In this document: piece by piece, positions 17,160 to 27,273 of the stretch
Layout of the letters: every line of letters begins with the position of its first letter
How positions within the stretch are numbered: position 1 is the stretch's first letter
From: Candidatus Latescibacterota bacterium
GTDB taxonomy: Bacteria > Latescibacterota > UBA2968 > GCA-2709665
Direction of reading: 5' to 3'
DNA: 64,000 nt
Assembly: GCA_965219995.1 (NCBI GenBank)
Contig: CBDCOX010000002.1
Location: 5,120,001 to 5,184,000, forward strand
Program-made: the position numbers and the translations under genes
The notes under the pieces: generated by a model
The model's database searches: none
The model's input: the letters and a program-made list of their open reading frames with translations, nothing else
What the model was told of the DNA's origin: nothing

Positions 17160-18614
17160 CTACCGGCGTCGAAGCCCGAGGCGGTGCTGGAGAGAGACGG
17201 GGCGGCCGGCGGTATCCGCGAGCGGTCGCGGCGGAGATGAGCCCTTCGTTTTCAGGCTGAGAACGACGAGACAGAACAGCGCGACCGGGACGGCCAGCAG
17301 GTCTGCCGGCAGGTCCGGCGTGAGGTAGATGAAACAGATCCAGGCGGCGAATCCGGCGACCATGGCTGCGAGCGCGCCGGGCAGGTTGGCCCGGGACCAC
17401 CAGATACCGGCGGTGAGCGGCACGAAGAGGGTGGCGAGCAGGATCGACCACGAATTCACCATGAGCGAATAGACGGTATTGTGCGCCAGCGCGAGGTAGA
17501 GGGCAATCAGGCCGAGGACCGGTACGCTGATGCGGCAGATCCTGAGGATGGACCTTTCGTCGGCGTCCGGGCGGACGTAGCGGACCAGGTCCCATCCGAT
17601 AACGCTGGCGGGGGCGAGCAGGGCGCTGTCCGCGCTGCTCATCAGGGCGGAGACGAGCGCGCCCAGAAAAACCGCCATGGCGAGAGGCGAGAGATATTTC
17701 ATGCCCAGCTGCATCATGATCATATCAGGATCGGCGATATCGGGAAAGATGAGGGTCCCGGCAATGCCGAGAAACACCGGCAACAGCCCCACCGTAAGAT
17801 AGAGCGCGCCGGCGAGATAGGCGCTGTTCTGGGCGACGGACTCACTCCTGCTTGAAAGACTCCGCTGGATGAGGTCCTGCCCCGCCAGATTGCCCAGTCC
17901 GATGACCAGCCAGTCCCTGGCGTAGGCGAACCAGCCGGGCGCGCCGGCGTTCCGGGGGTAGAGATAGAACCGGTCTTCGGGAATCCGGGCGCTGATGGCC
18001 GACCACCCACCCATATCGTTCAGCAGCAGCGGCGTAATGACCAGGAGCCCCACGGATAGAACGGCCACCTGGATGAAGTCCGTCAGCGTGACGGCCCACA
18101 TGCCTCCCGCCGTCGTGTACACGAGGACGATCGCCGCGCCGATACAGATGCCCAGCGTCGGGTCGATTCCGGTGAGCGATTGGATGACCCTGCCGAAGGC
18201 GACCATCAGGGACGCCACCCACCCGAGATATGCCGGGATGGTGCACAGCGCGGCCATCGCGCCCGCCGTGCGGCCGAAGCGGCTTTCGAAAAAACCCGCG
18301 ATGGTGGTCAGGCCCATCCTCCGCATGATCCTGACGTAGAACAAGCCCGCGAGAAACAGACAGAGTGCCGCGCCGAACGGATCGGCGATGACGCCCATGA
18401 ATCCCTTCTTGTAGGCCTCGCTGGCGGCCCCGATCACGATCCCGCCCCCGAACCATGTGGCCGCCAGGGTCCCGGTGGCCAGCCAGATTCCCAGCCTCCG
18501 GCCGGCGACGATGAAGTCGGCGGAGCCCTTGACGCGCCGGCCCGCGTAGAGACCGACCGCGAGCGTCACCAGGATATAGGCCGCGAGGCCGAGGATGATC
18601 GTCAGATTGGGCAT
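17160..18614 (-). CDS. Sodium:solute symporter family transporter
   Basis: DFIVAGRRL, YTTAGGMWAVTLTDFIQ, ALMSSADSALLA; many TM segments. Confidence 0.92.
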   Translation of the reverse strand: MPNLTIILGLAAYILVTLAVGLYAGRRVKGSADFIVAGRRLGIWLATGTLAATWFGGGIVIGAASEAYKKGFMGVIADPFGAALCLFLAGLFYVRIMRRMGLTTIAGFFESRFGRTAGAMAALCTIPAYLGWVASLMVAFGRVIQSLTGIDPTLGICIGAAIVLVYTTAGGMWAVTLTDFIQVAVLSVGLLVITPLLLNDMGGWSAISARIPEDRFYLYPRNAGAPGWFAYARDWLVIGLGNLAGQDLIQRSLSSRSESVAQNSAYLAGALYLTVGLLPVFLGIAGTLIFPDIADPDMIMMQLGMKYLSPLAMAVFLGALVSALMSSADSALLAPASVIGWDLVRYVRPDADERSILRICRISVPVLGLIALYLALAHNTVYSLMVNSWSILLATLFVPLTAGIWWSRANLPGALAAMVAGFAAWICFIYLTPDLPADLLAVPVALFCLVVLSLKTKGSSPPRPLADTAGRPVSLQHRLGLRRR

Positions 18615-18672
18615 ACTGTGACCTGGATGCAGAATCCGGAATCGGACGCAGGCGCAGCCGCCGGGTACCTCA

Positions 18673-19821
18673 TCACTCGATCCGGTTGTGTTGCTTCATG
18701 ATGTCGACGAGCCGGTCCAGCGGGAGGCCGGGTATCGTCCTGTTGTCCCGTCCCGTCATCGTATCGGCGGCGAAGAGCGCGTTGACGATGGCTTCCTCGG
18801 TGGCCTCGACGGCGGCCTGAAGAAGCGGATTGAGGCGGCGGTCCCGGAGGGTCTTGACCGTATCCGCTGCCGCCGCGTCCCGGGGGATGCGGTGAGCGGT
18901 GGAGAACGCAAGAACGAGGTCGCCGCTGCTTGTTCGCGAAAAGGTGCCGGTGCGGCTCATGCCGAGTGCGGACCGTTTACAGAGCCGCCGGAGCTGAATG
19001 GGAATCAGCGGCGCGTCGGTGGCGATCAGAATGACGATGGAACCGTCCCGGGCCGGCGGACGTGCCACCGGCAGGTGGCGCCCCACGGGGACCCCGTCGA
19101 TGACCAGATTGGGACGACGGCCGCAGTTTGCCACGACCAGCACACCCAGGGTATAGGCGCCCTGGGCCTTTGTAAGTACACGCGACGCCGTTCCGATGCC
19201 GGCCTTGAATCCGTACGCACGCATCCCCGTACCCGCACCTACCGATCCCTCGGCGACCGGCCCGTCCGCGGCGGATTCGATCGCACGGATGACGTGTTCC
19301 TCCGTTACATGGCGGCCCGCGATGTCGTTGAGGCCGCCATCGTAACATTCGGCCACAACGGGCAGGGGAACGCGCCCCGGGTTCTGCCGGAGCATATAGG
19401 CAACGACGCCGCTGTACCCCTCGCCGACGCTCAACGTGTTGGTGAGGACCACCGGAACCTCCAGCAGACCCCGTTCGTTGACCCACTCCATGCCTGTCAT
19501 CTCGCCGTTTCCGTTGATCGCTTCGGCCGCGGCGTAGACCTGGTTCAGGTAGACGTCATCGGGATGCGGCACCACGGCCGTCACGCCGGTGCGGACGGGC
19601 CCCTTTCCGACAACCAGATCCCCTTCGCCGCTGATGAGGGTGACGTGCCCCACCATGACGCCCGATACGTCGGTGATGGCGTTATGGGGGCCGGGCGCGA
19701 GAACGCCGATTTTAATACCCAGGTCTCTGGCGCGCGGGCGTTCGCCGCCCCGGGCGTCCGAGCAGAGCGCGAGGACGACGAGGGCGAGTCCCCATTTGCA
19801 CAAGTGTGGACGAAAAGACAT
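18673..19821 (-). CDS. P1/DmpA (S58) aminopeptidase with signal peptide
   Basis: RARDLGI, NAITDVSGVMVGH, PVVAECYDGGLND, GSVGAGTGM, GS autoproteolysis site. Confidence 0.92.
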   Translation of the reverse strand: MSFRPHLCKWGLALVVLALCSDARGGERPRARDLGIKIGVLAPGPHNAITDVSGVMVGHVTLISGEGDLVVGKGPVRTGVTAVVPHPDDVYLNQVYAAAEAINGNGEMTGMEWVNERGLLEVPVVLTNTLSVGEGYSGVVAYMLRQNPGRVPLPVVAECYDGGLNDIAGRHVTEEHVIRAIESAADGPVAEGSVGAGTGMRAYGFKAGIGTASRVLTKAQGAYTLGVLVVANCGRRPNLVIDGVPVGRHLPVARPPARDGSIVILIATDAPLIPIQLRRLCKRSALGMSRTGTFSRTSSGDLVLAFSTAHRIPRDAAAADTVKTLRDRRLNPLLQAAVEATEEAIVNALFAADTMTGRDNRTIPGLPLDRLVDIMKQHNRIE

Positions 19822-19879
19822 GAAATAAGGCTCGAATTTGGAGTTCAACGCCACCACCGTGCGGACAGTGGGGACGGGA

Positions 19880-20059
19880 CCTACCCCCTGACCCCCTTCC
19901 AAGCAGGAAGGGGGAAAGCGGGTTCCTATTGCGTGATCCTCGTTTGCCTTTCCCTCGGAAAGGGCGAAAACAAGATCCCAGGGAGCAACCGGCTTTTCCC
20001 TTTCCTTCAGGAAAGGGTCCCTGCCTGACGGCGTTTTTTCGGCAGGCAGGGGGGATAGG
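19880..20059. repeat. C-rich/G-rich inverted-repeat intergenic element, copy 1
   Basis: CCTACCCCCTGACCCCCTTCC...GGAAGGGGG at the left end, GGGGGATAGG at the right; similar element at 24931-25038. Confidence 0.55.
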
Positions 20060-20124
20060 TCTGCGCCGCTTCCAGGCTTTCCGCTCCACAGCGCTGACGT
20101 CGACTGATTCGGTTTTCGTTTCAA

Positions 20125-20159
20125 GCTGACTGCTGACCGCTGATGGCTGAAAGCTGCTT
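20125..20159. repeat. Heptamer tandem repeat (GCTG-led) x5
   Basis: gctgact gctgacc gctgatg gctgaaa gctgctt. Confidence 0.7.
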
Positions 20160-20182
20160 TTCTCCCGCCGAATTCAAGCAAC

Positions 20183-21361
20183 CTATTTCAGGGCCGGAAC
20201 GCTCGCTTTCCCCGTGTCGCGTGGTCTGTGGACCCTTCCCTTCCAGACGAAACTGCCGAACGATCCGGAAAGCCCCACCAGAACCGTGTAAGGAATCTGC
20301 AGGAATTCCCAGACCGGCAGCACAGGCAGGAGGTCCGTCCGTCCGAACCTCCGTGCGCCCTTCCATACCACAGCCAGGTCCGCCAGGGTCCTGGCCGCGA
20401 AACAGGCCAGCGGCAGACCGACGCCGGTTCCCGCGATCCCTGAAATCAATGCAGCGGGAATGAACAGGTTGAGCGTAAACACGTTCGCGAGATAGGCGAA
20501 GAATAGGGGATTGAGCGCCAGCATGCACCGCGCGTTCGACGCCCATCGGCGCCGCTGGGTCCAGAATCCCGCCATGGTTTCGGCGCGACGGGTGCTGACG
20601 AAGGTGTGAGGGTCGTCTGCGAAGACGATCTTTGCGCCGGTCCGGCGGAACAGCTGAAGCAGAAGGACGTCATCGCCGGACGGACGGTGCGCGATTTCCT
20701 CGAATCCGGCGACCCGCTCGAAAAGCGCTTTCCGGTAGGCGAAATTCTGTCCCGATGCGGCCAGCGGCACCCCGAGGTTGGCGGCGCCGGCGGAAGCGGA
20801 CATGAGCGCGAGAAAGTCGACCGCCTGGATGCGCTCCGCCAGCGTCAGCGGGTCCCCGGCGCGTTTAACCTGCGAGAATCCGATGACGGCGTCCGCGCCG
20901 GTTTCGAATTGCGAGACCATTCCTGAAATCCACGTGGGCGGAACGTCGCAATCCGCGTCGGTGGTCAGGATGATGCTCCCGCGCGCGGCCCGGATGCCCT
21001 CGGAGAGCGGCCGTTTCTTTGCCGCCATATGCCGGAACGCGTCCGTGACTTCAATGCTCCGGACCCGGGGGTGCCTGGCGGCGAATTCGGCCGAGATATC
21101 AGGGGTATCGTCCGTGGAGCCGTCGTCGACGACGAGGACTTCATACCGGTCGGCCGGGTACGTCTGTCCGATCAGTCCCGTGAGGCAAACGGCGATCTGA
21201 TCCGCTTCGTCCCTTGCGGCAACCACCACCGATACGAACGGAAAGGCGTGGGCGTCAACGCGCCGGTTCTTTCGCCGCAGGCCGACCAGAAACGCCAGGG
21301 CGGCGGCCGCGTACACAGCCGTCGAGACCATCAGGATCGCATGGATCAGGGTGGTTGACAC
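20183..21361 (-). CDS. Glycosyltransferase family 2, membrane-bound
   Basis: VSVVVAARDE, VVDDGSTD, TTDADC, SGDD, QRRRW; flanking TM helices. Confidence 0.92.
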   Translation of the reverse strand: MSTTLIHAILMVSTAVYAAAALAFLVGLRRKNRRVDAHAFPFVSVVVAARDEADQIAVCLTGLIGQTYPADRYEVLVVDDGSTDDTPDISAEFAARHPRVRSIEVTDAFRHMAAKKRPLSEGIRAARGSIILTTDADCDVPPTWISGMVSQFETGADAVIGFSQVKRAGDPLTLAERIQAVDFLALMSASAGAANLGVPLAASGQNFAYRKALFERVAGFEEIAHRPSGDDVLLLQLFRRTGAKIVFADDPHTFVSTRRAETMAGFWTQRRRWASNARCMLALNPLFFAYLANVFTLNLFIPAALISGIAGTGVGLPLACFAARTLADLAVVWKGARRFGRTDLLPVLPVWEFLQIPYTVLVGLSGSFGSFVWKGRVHRPRDTGKASVPALK

Positions 21362-21441
21362 GGGCAACCATATTGGGAAGGGGTTGGAATCGGGACGTGT
21401 GTGAGCTAAAAAGCAGGAACGCGGGTCGCCGCTTCGGACCG

Positions 21442-22500
21442 CTAATGTTTCACCACTTCGATATCGTAGAAAAGTCCCTTGACGCCTTCTGAACAATTGT
21501 TGCAGATGGGCACGGCGGACCGGTCTTTGAGGATGGCGTTTCTGAAACCGGTATACGCCTCACCGGACCAGGTGTCTTCGAAGTCCGGGTTTTCCAGTGC
21601 ATTGCCCAGGCCGTAGTGAACGTCTTTGTCAAAACAGCACGGCGAAACGGCTCCGTCCCAGTTGACGACGGTGCTGTACCAGAGGTGCCTGCAGGAATTG
21701 GTGATCCTGCCGTTCATTGTCAACCGGTCTTTATCGTAACGGTAGCGGCTGTAGGATTCGTCCTCCGGAAGGTACTGTTCCGCTTCGGCGTCCGTATAGA
21801 CCTGGGCGGTTTTCAGCGACAGCCTGTCCACGCCGAGTTCCCGCGCGAGATTCCGGGCGGCTTCGATCTCGGTTTCGTTGTGTTTGAAGATGATGAATTG
21901 CAGGTGGATGACGGGATGGTCCGCGTTCAGGGTCTTCTTTGCCGCGCTGAGGAGACGGATCCCGTCCAGGACCCGGTCGAAGTTGCCCCCGACGCGGTAC
22001 TTGACGTAGGACTCCGGGGTCACCCCGTCCAGGGAGACCACGATTTCGTCCAGCCCGGAGGAGACGATATCTTCGGCGTCGTCCCGGCTTCGGATGTAGT
22101 GGACATTGGTGCTGGTGATGGTGGGTACGTTGCGGGCCTTGGCCAGACGGACCATGTCGGTCAGCCGCTTGTTGATGAAGGGCTCGCCCTGGTTCCACAG
22201 CATCAGGAGCACGAGGTCTTTCGCCTGCTCCTCGAAGATCCGCTTGAAGGCTTCGAATTCCATCGTGCCGCGGGGCCTTGTGAGTCCCCCGTTGCCGGAT
22301 GGACAGAGCGGACATTTGAGATTGCAGAGGTTCGTGGGCTCCAGCATCAGGATGAAAGGCCGCCCCATTCGGATATCGCGTCCGGCCAGCCGCGAAAGGG
22401 CGAACGAGAGGACCACCTTGGCCGCGTTCCAGACGCGCCGGACCGTCAGCGTCCGATGGTAGCGCGCAACCGTCCCCGGCAGCAGTCTGAGTGAGAGCAT
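21442..22500 (-). CDS. Radical SAM/SPASM-domain protein
   Basis: CNLKCPLC (CxxxCxxC), QGEP, C-terminal CRHLW...PCCFD...CNNC. Confidence 0.92.
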   Translation of the reverse strand: MLSLRLLPGTVARYHRTLTVRRVWNAAKVVLSFALSRLAGRDIRMGRPFILMLEPTNLCNLKCPLCPSGNGGLTRPRGTMEFEAFKRIFEEQAKDLVLLMLWNQGEPFINKRLTDMVRLAKARNVPTITSTNVHYIRSRDDAEDIVSSGLDEIVVSLDGVTPESYVKYRVGGNFDRVLDGIRLLSAAKKTLNADHPVIHLQFIIFKHNETEIEAARNLARELGVDRLSLKTAQVYTDAEAEQYLPEDESYSRYRYDKDRLTMNGRITNSCRHLWYSTVVNWDGAVSPCCFDKDVHYGLGNALENPDFEDTWSGEAYTGFRNAILKDRSAVPICNNCSEGVKGLFYDIEVVKH

Positions 22501-22502
22501 AT

Positions 22503-23603
22503 CTATTTCCAGCGGGAGGGCGCCAGTGCGCCCGCGGCGCAGATGACGACGACGTACGGTACGGAAATCAGTTCAAGGAGCGGAAACAACCGGAGGATTC
22601 TCCGCGCATTGAAACGGCGGGCGGCGCCGGAAAGCAGCAACCAGTCGGCGAGTATTTTTGCCGCGCCTATCATACCGTAGGGGAATCGGAGCGCGGGATC
22701 CAGCCAGGCGAGGAAAGGCGCCGCGGCGAGGACCACGTGGAATATATAGAGACTCAAAGCGACAGGCAAGACCGAAAATCCGTAATGGACCGCCTTTGAC
22801 TGGTAGCGGACCTGACGGCGGTACAGGCCCTCGGTATGCGGGGATGAACTCACCCTCGCGTCCGGGTTGAATCGGATGCGCCAGGCCGTTTTCGAGGCGA
22901 TGCGCCGCATCAGCAGGACGTCGTCTCCACCGCGGATATGTCCGATGGGATCGAATCCTCCCGCATCGTGGAACGCCGACCTGCGATAGGCGAGATTCCG
23001 TCCGGAACACGTCAGAGGAAAACCCAGACCGATGCTGCCGGCCGCCAGGGTGGACACCACCAGTCCCTGCAGGGCAAGCAGGCCGGACAGGGCCCCGCGC
23101 CTCGGGATCAGGGGCGCATATCCGGCAACCATGCCGACGTCGGGATCGAAAGCGCGTACCGTGGAAGCGATCCAGTCGGAGGAGGGGATACAGTCGGCGT
23201 CTGTGGTGAGGATGATTTCCCCGGCGCCAGCGCGGATGCCGGCCTCCAGGGCGGCTTTCTTCGGGCAGGCGTGCGTGCCGCCGGTTGCGCGGACGACCCT
23301 GAGACCGGGAATGCGGTCCGTCCACGCCATCGCGAGGCGCCCGGTGTCATCCGTGGAATGGTCGTCGACGACGATGACCCGGGTGCGTTCCGGAGGATAG
23401 GTCTGTGCGGCGAGGGCCGAGAGGCACCCGTCGATACGATGGGATTCGTTGCGGGCGGGAATGACGACCGTGACGTCGGGGGTATCGGCGTTGCTGCCGG
23501 CCGACAGGCGACTCAGGCCTCTATGGATGGCGCCCGCGACGACGACGTAGACCAGGCAGAGCAGAGATGAGGCGAATGCCAGCGCTTCCATCGCGGCCGT
23601 CAC
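22503..23603 (-). CDS. Glycosyltransferase family 2, membrane-bound
   Basis: VVIPARNE, VDDHSTD, TTDADC, GGDD, RQVRY. Confidence 0.92.
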   Translation of the reverse strand: MTAAMEALAFASSLLCLVYVVVAGAIHRGLSRLSAGSNADTPDVTVVIPARNESHRIDGCLSALAAQTYPPERTRVIVVDDHSTDDTGRLAMAWTDRIPGLRVVRATGGTHACPKKAALEAGIRAGAGEIILTTDADCIPSSDWIASTVRAFDPDVGMVAGYAPLIPRRGALSGLLALQGLVVSTLAAGSIGLGFPLTCSGRNLAYRRSAFHDAGGFDPIGHIRGGDDVLLMRRIASKTAWRIRFNPDARVSSSPHTEGLYRRQVRYQSKAVHYGFSVLPVALSLYIFHVVLAAAPFLAWLDPALRFPYGMIGAAKILADWLLLSGAARRFNARRILRLFPLLELISVPYVVVICAAGALAPSRWK

Positions 23604-24781
23604 GTATCACAGGCGCGGTCGGCATCATCGATGCATTGCCGGATCCATGCCAGGTTGGCTTGCGGCATAATGCCGTAGTTGTAGAAGGAAAACCGGCGGA
23701 TGCCCAGATTCAGCGCGCGTTCGACGCCGGCGCTGAGTGTCCGGGCGTCCGGAGACGCGGGAGGATAGGCCTGCAGACCCACCACGAGTTGACGCGGGTA
23801 CTTCAGGTCGGGAACGATATCGGAGATCGCCGCGTGAATCCGGTCGGCGTCCGGTGTGTACGCGAGGGTTTCCGCATAGTCCGCGATGTTCGCCAGCCGC
23901 GAGCGGTCGATCGCCGCGTGAAACCGGTCGCCCATGAAGATGAATGAAACAGGGACTCCGGCGGCGGCTTTGACCTCTTCCAGCAGGCTCGCGACCACCT
24001 CGTCGCGCATCCGGACGAACGGCTCGAGTTGCGGAATCGAGGCGATGAGTTCCTCGCGGGATCCGGCGGGCGGGATGCCGGAAGCCAGGGTCCGGCGCAG
24101 CCTGGATTCCACGGCCCGCGAAAGGGCGTCGGGGTCCAGGCCGTTCTCTTTCGCCCGCGAACGACAGGCGCCGCAGAAGCAGAGGGAGAGGAAAAAACGG
24201 CCTCCGGGTCCGAGGTCGACGCCGTGTTTGACGTGATAATGCGTGTGTCCGAACCCGCCGTAGGAAAGGGATTCGCATTCCAGGAGCGCGATTCCGTAGT
24301 TTTCGGCGAGGTCCCGGGCCAGTGCCGCGGCAAACGCGCGGACCCCCGGGTTGGCCGGACAGAGCCAGGACGTGCTGACGTCGCCGGTACAGGTGACTTC
24401 AGCGCATTCAGGATGGCGGCCGGCCTGGTACGAGTTGTGAAGAAATACCGTCCATGCGATGAGTTGCAGTCCGGCGCCTGCCGCGGCCCCGGCGGCGACC
24501 GCGTACCAGTTCTCGCCGCCCGTGAGCGGGCTGACGTGAGGTTGTAGGGGTGTGTCGGCATACAGGCCCGTGTCGGGCTGAAAATAGACGGCGGCCTGGG
24601 GGATCTGGAGGAGCACCCGCGTCGGTGAATGCGGGCGCAGCATCTCGAAGGTGTGGTACGCCGAGGCCAGGCTGATGGCATCCAGACCGACTTCGTCCCG
24701 GAGCCGGGTTGCGATGGCCTTGGGCCCGCCGTCGGCGAGGTCCCACGGGTAGGACCAGAGCGTGGTGTGCAGGTTGGACAA
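23600..24781 (-). CDS. Hypothetical protein, possibly glycoside-hydrolase-like TIM barrel
   Basis: WSYPWDL, LCPANP, SLCFCGAC, FYNYG; operonic overlap with the GT2 gene. Confidence 0.7.
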   Translation of the reverse strand: MSNLHTTLWSYPWDLADGGPKAIATRLRDEVGLDAISLASAYHTFEMLRPHSPTRVLLQIPQAAVYFQPDTGLYADTPLQPHVSPLTGGENWYAVAAGAAAGAGLQLIAWTVFLHNSYQAGRHPECAEVTCTGDVSTSWLCPANPGVRAFAAALARDLAENYGIALLECESLSYGGFGHTHYHVKHGVDLGPGGRFFLSLCFCGACRSRAKENGLDPDALSRAVESRLRRTLASGIPPAGSREELIASIPQLEPFVRMRDEVVASLLEEVKAAAGVPVSFIFMGDRFHAAIDRSRLANIADYAETLAYTPDADRIHAAISDIVPDLKYPRQLVVGLQAYPPASPDARTLSAGVERALNLGIRRFSFYNYGIMPQANLAWIRQCIDDADRACDT

Positions 24782-24930
24782 TCAGGTATCTCCGAACAGA
24801 ATGCGTTGGCGCCGGACCGTCGGTCATGCGCGCTCTTCCCGTCGCGCAGCACATTTGTGTGGGACGTTGATTGTACCATCAATTGATGGCGATTGCAAGG
24901 GATATCGGGTGCAGTTCACCAGATCGGACG

Positions 24931-25038
24931 ACCTACCCCCTTTCCCCCTTCCCGGGGGGACGGGGAAACTGCGACTCCCTCACGGTCTCATGGTTTTCTC
25001 CCCCTTTCCCTCCGGGAGAGGGGGCCGGGGGGAGAGGT
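24931..25038. repeat. C-rich/G-rich inverted-repeat intergenic element, copy 2
   Basis: ACCTACCCCCTTTCCCCCTTCCC...CTCCCCCTTTCCCTCCGGGAGAGGGGGCCGGGGGGAGAGG. Confidence 0.55.
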
Positions 25039-25048
25039 CTCCCCGCTT

Positions 25049-26191
25049 TTAGATGTATCCCGTGGATCCATCCGGGCGCACGGGCGCCGTGCGCTGCCAG
25101 TGGGGTGGATCGGTATCCGTAAGGGCGTCTTCGTTGACCTCGATGCCCAGGCCCGGACGGTCTCTGAGTTCCAGGTATCCGTCCACCGGCAGGTAGGGGT
25201 CCGGGACATAATCCATCCATCTCGAGCCCACCGGGATGACGTATTCCAGAATCTTGAAGTTATGCGTCGCGGCGGCGAAGTGCACGTTGACCGCGGTTGC
25301 GATCGGCCCCATCGGGTTGTGCGGCGCGAGGGTTACGTAATGCGCCTCGGCGATCGCGGCGATCTTCCGCATTTCGAGAAGGCCCCCGCACACGCAGACG
25401 TCGGGCTGTATGATGTCTGCGGCCCGTGTGGCGATGAGATTCAGGAATTCGAACCGCGCGTAGAGGCACTCCCCGGTTGCCAGCGGCACCTGCATCTGCT
25501 GTCGCAGCTGTTGCCAGGCCGGGATGTGTTCCGGTCTCAGCGGCTCTTCGTAGAAGAGGGGGTCGTAAGGGGCCAGCGCGTTGGCCAGCTGCAGGGCTCG
25601 AACTGGCTCGAAGATCTTCGCATGCGGATCGAACGCGAATTCCCAGTCGTCGGGGGTGCAATCGCGGAGTTCTTCGAAATACGTGGCCGCGGCGTCGCAG
25701 ACCCGCCCCCAGCGATTTGCGTCGGGATTCAACAGGAAGGGGCTGGTCTTGAACGCGGTGAACCCCCATTCGGCATTCAACCGCTGTGCGCCTTCCGCCG
25801 CAGCCTTTCCGGTCGGTCCGCCGCAGCTCTGGTAGACTCTCACCCGGTCCCGGAGGTTGCCTCCCAGAAGCATGTATACGGGTACGTTCGCCGCTTTGCC
25901 GCTGATGTCCCACAGCGCGTGCTCGATCCCGGAAATCGCGGCAAGGCCGGTGCCCCCTGCCGGAAATCGGAACTGCTGGTGGGTCTTCATCATCAGGTAT
26001 TCGATGCGCCGTGGGTCTTCCCCGACGAACCAGGTGGCGACGTAGTTCACGATGGGCTCGATGGAGAGGTCGGGCCCGATGGAATAGGCCTCGCCCCATC
26101 CGCACAGGCCCTCGTCGGTTTCGACCTTGACGAGCGCCCTGGGGCGGTTGCTGTAGGTGACGAGGAAGGTCTTTATCGCGGTAATTTTCAT
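25049..26191 (-). CDS. Mandelate racemase/galactonate dehydratase-like enolase-superfamily enzyme
   Basis: VKVETDEGLCGWGE, ALWDISGK, FDPH, YEEP, ATGE, IQPD, APHN. Confidence 0.92.
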   Translation of the reverse strand: MKITAIKTFLVTYSNRPRALVKVETDEGLCGWGEAYSIGPDLSIEPIVNYVATWFVGEDPRRIEYLMMKTHQQFRFPAGGTGLAAISGIEHALWDISGKAANVPVYMLLGGNLRDRVRVYQSCGGPTGKAAAEGAQRLNAEWGFTAFKTSPFLLNPDANRWGRVCDAAATYFEELRDCTPDDWEFAFDPHAKIFEPVRALQLANALAPYDPLFYEEPLRPEHIPAWQQLRQQMQVPLATGECLYARFEFLNLIATRAADIIQPDVCVCGGLLEMRKIAAIAEAHYVTLAPHNPMGPIATAVNVHFAAATHNFKILEYVIPVGSRWMDYVPDPYLPVDGYLELRDRPGLGIEVNEDALTDTDPPHWQRTAPVRPDGSTGYI

Positions 26192-26448
26192 GGTGGAAGC
26201 TCTCCTTTGGTTGGGGATTCGGGCGTTGGGCCTGATTCGGGATTGTACAGGAAGAGGTCGCCGGGCGTGCAATCGAGCGCCTGGCAGAGCGATTCGATGG
26301 TGGCCAGATCGATCCGCTTCGCCCGGTTATTGAAAATGGCCGAGACGGTGTTGGCCTGAAGACCCGTCAACCCCGCGACTTCCGAAATCCTGTACGGACG
26401 GTCCGGTCCTTTTTCAGCCATGAGGATATGGAGTTGGAATTTCAGCAT
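26188..26448 (-). CDS. Cro/C1-type HTH regulator (HTH_26-like)
   Basis: ISEVAGLTGLQANTVSAIFNNRAKRIDLATIESLCQALDCTPGDLF. Confidence 0.85.
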   Translation of the reverse strand: MLKFQLHILMAEKGPDRPYRISEVAGLTGLQANTVSAIFNNRAKRIDLATIESLCQALDCTPGDLFLYNPESGPTPESPTKGELPP

Positions 26449-26723
26449 ACGACGAGTCTGCGTTTCGGTTTTCGGGGTGACGGGTGGCGACAATGATCCG
26501 CTGAAAAAATGTAATAAAGATGGTTAAAAATATAAAATATATTTGTTTTCACGTAATTAGTTACTTTCCAATTGAGAGAAGCCAATCTATCGGCCGACGT
26601 AGCGTCGACGAAGCAGATAGGGTGGACTGCGTGACAGAAACGGTCTGACAAGACGCCTTCGTCTGCATTTGTCGCACCGTGTTACCTGAATCCGGGGTGT
26701 TTCTCCCGCGCTTTCAAGGTCTC

Positions 26724-27224
26724 TCAGTCGGTGATGGTGAGCGAGATGCCCGCCTTCGCGCCGAATTTATCCTCCGTCTCGTCGCCCACGCCCCGGTCCA
26801 CGGTGGATTCGACGAATAAGCGCAGCGGCCCCAGCCATTTGATGTTCAGCCCCGCGACGGCGGAAACGAGCACTTTCGTAGACGATCCGTCGATCAGTTC
26901 GGCATCCGATTCCTCTTTGGTATAAATCACGCCGCTTCCAACGCCGGCGTAGACACGCAACGAGCCTCCCAGAGAGAATTTGTAGAGTCCGCGGATGGAC
27001 AGCGGCACCGTGATATTGCCGTCTTTGGTGTAGTATTCGCCGGCCAGCATGATCCCGGCGGGTTTGCTTCCGAACGGCATGATTACGGATCCGTGCCAAC
27101 CGGGTTCTTTCTCTTCGACGTACAGACCGCCCCCGGCGCGGAAGGCGATCTGCGCGTGGGTATCCGTGGCGGCCGCACCCAGCAGGCAGAAGACGGCAAA
27201 TGCCGGGGCGAGATATCTGATCAT
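26724..27224 (-). CDS. Small outer-membrane beta-barrel protein
   Basis: Signal peptide; alternating beta-strand pattern (VYAGVGSG, AGISLTI). Confidence 0.7.
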   Translation of the reverse strand: MIRYLAPAFAVFCLLGAAATDTHAQIAFRAGGGLYVEEKEPGWHGSVIMPFGSKPAGIMLAGEYYTKDGNITVPLSIRGLYKFSLGGSLRVYAGVGSGVIYTKEESDAELIDGSSTKVLVSAVAGLNIKWLGPLRLFVESTVDRGVGDETEDKFGAKAGISLTITD

Positions 27225-27273
27225 GAATTCGCTCTCCTTTCGTGATTGAAATGACTGGATCGGGACTCCGCCT

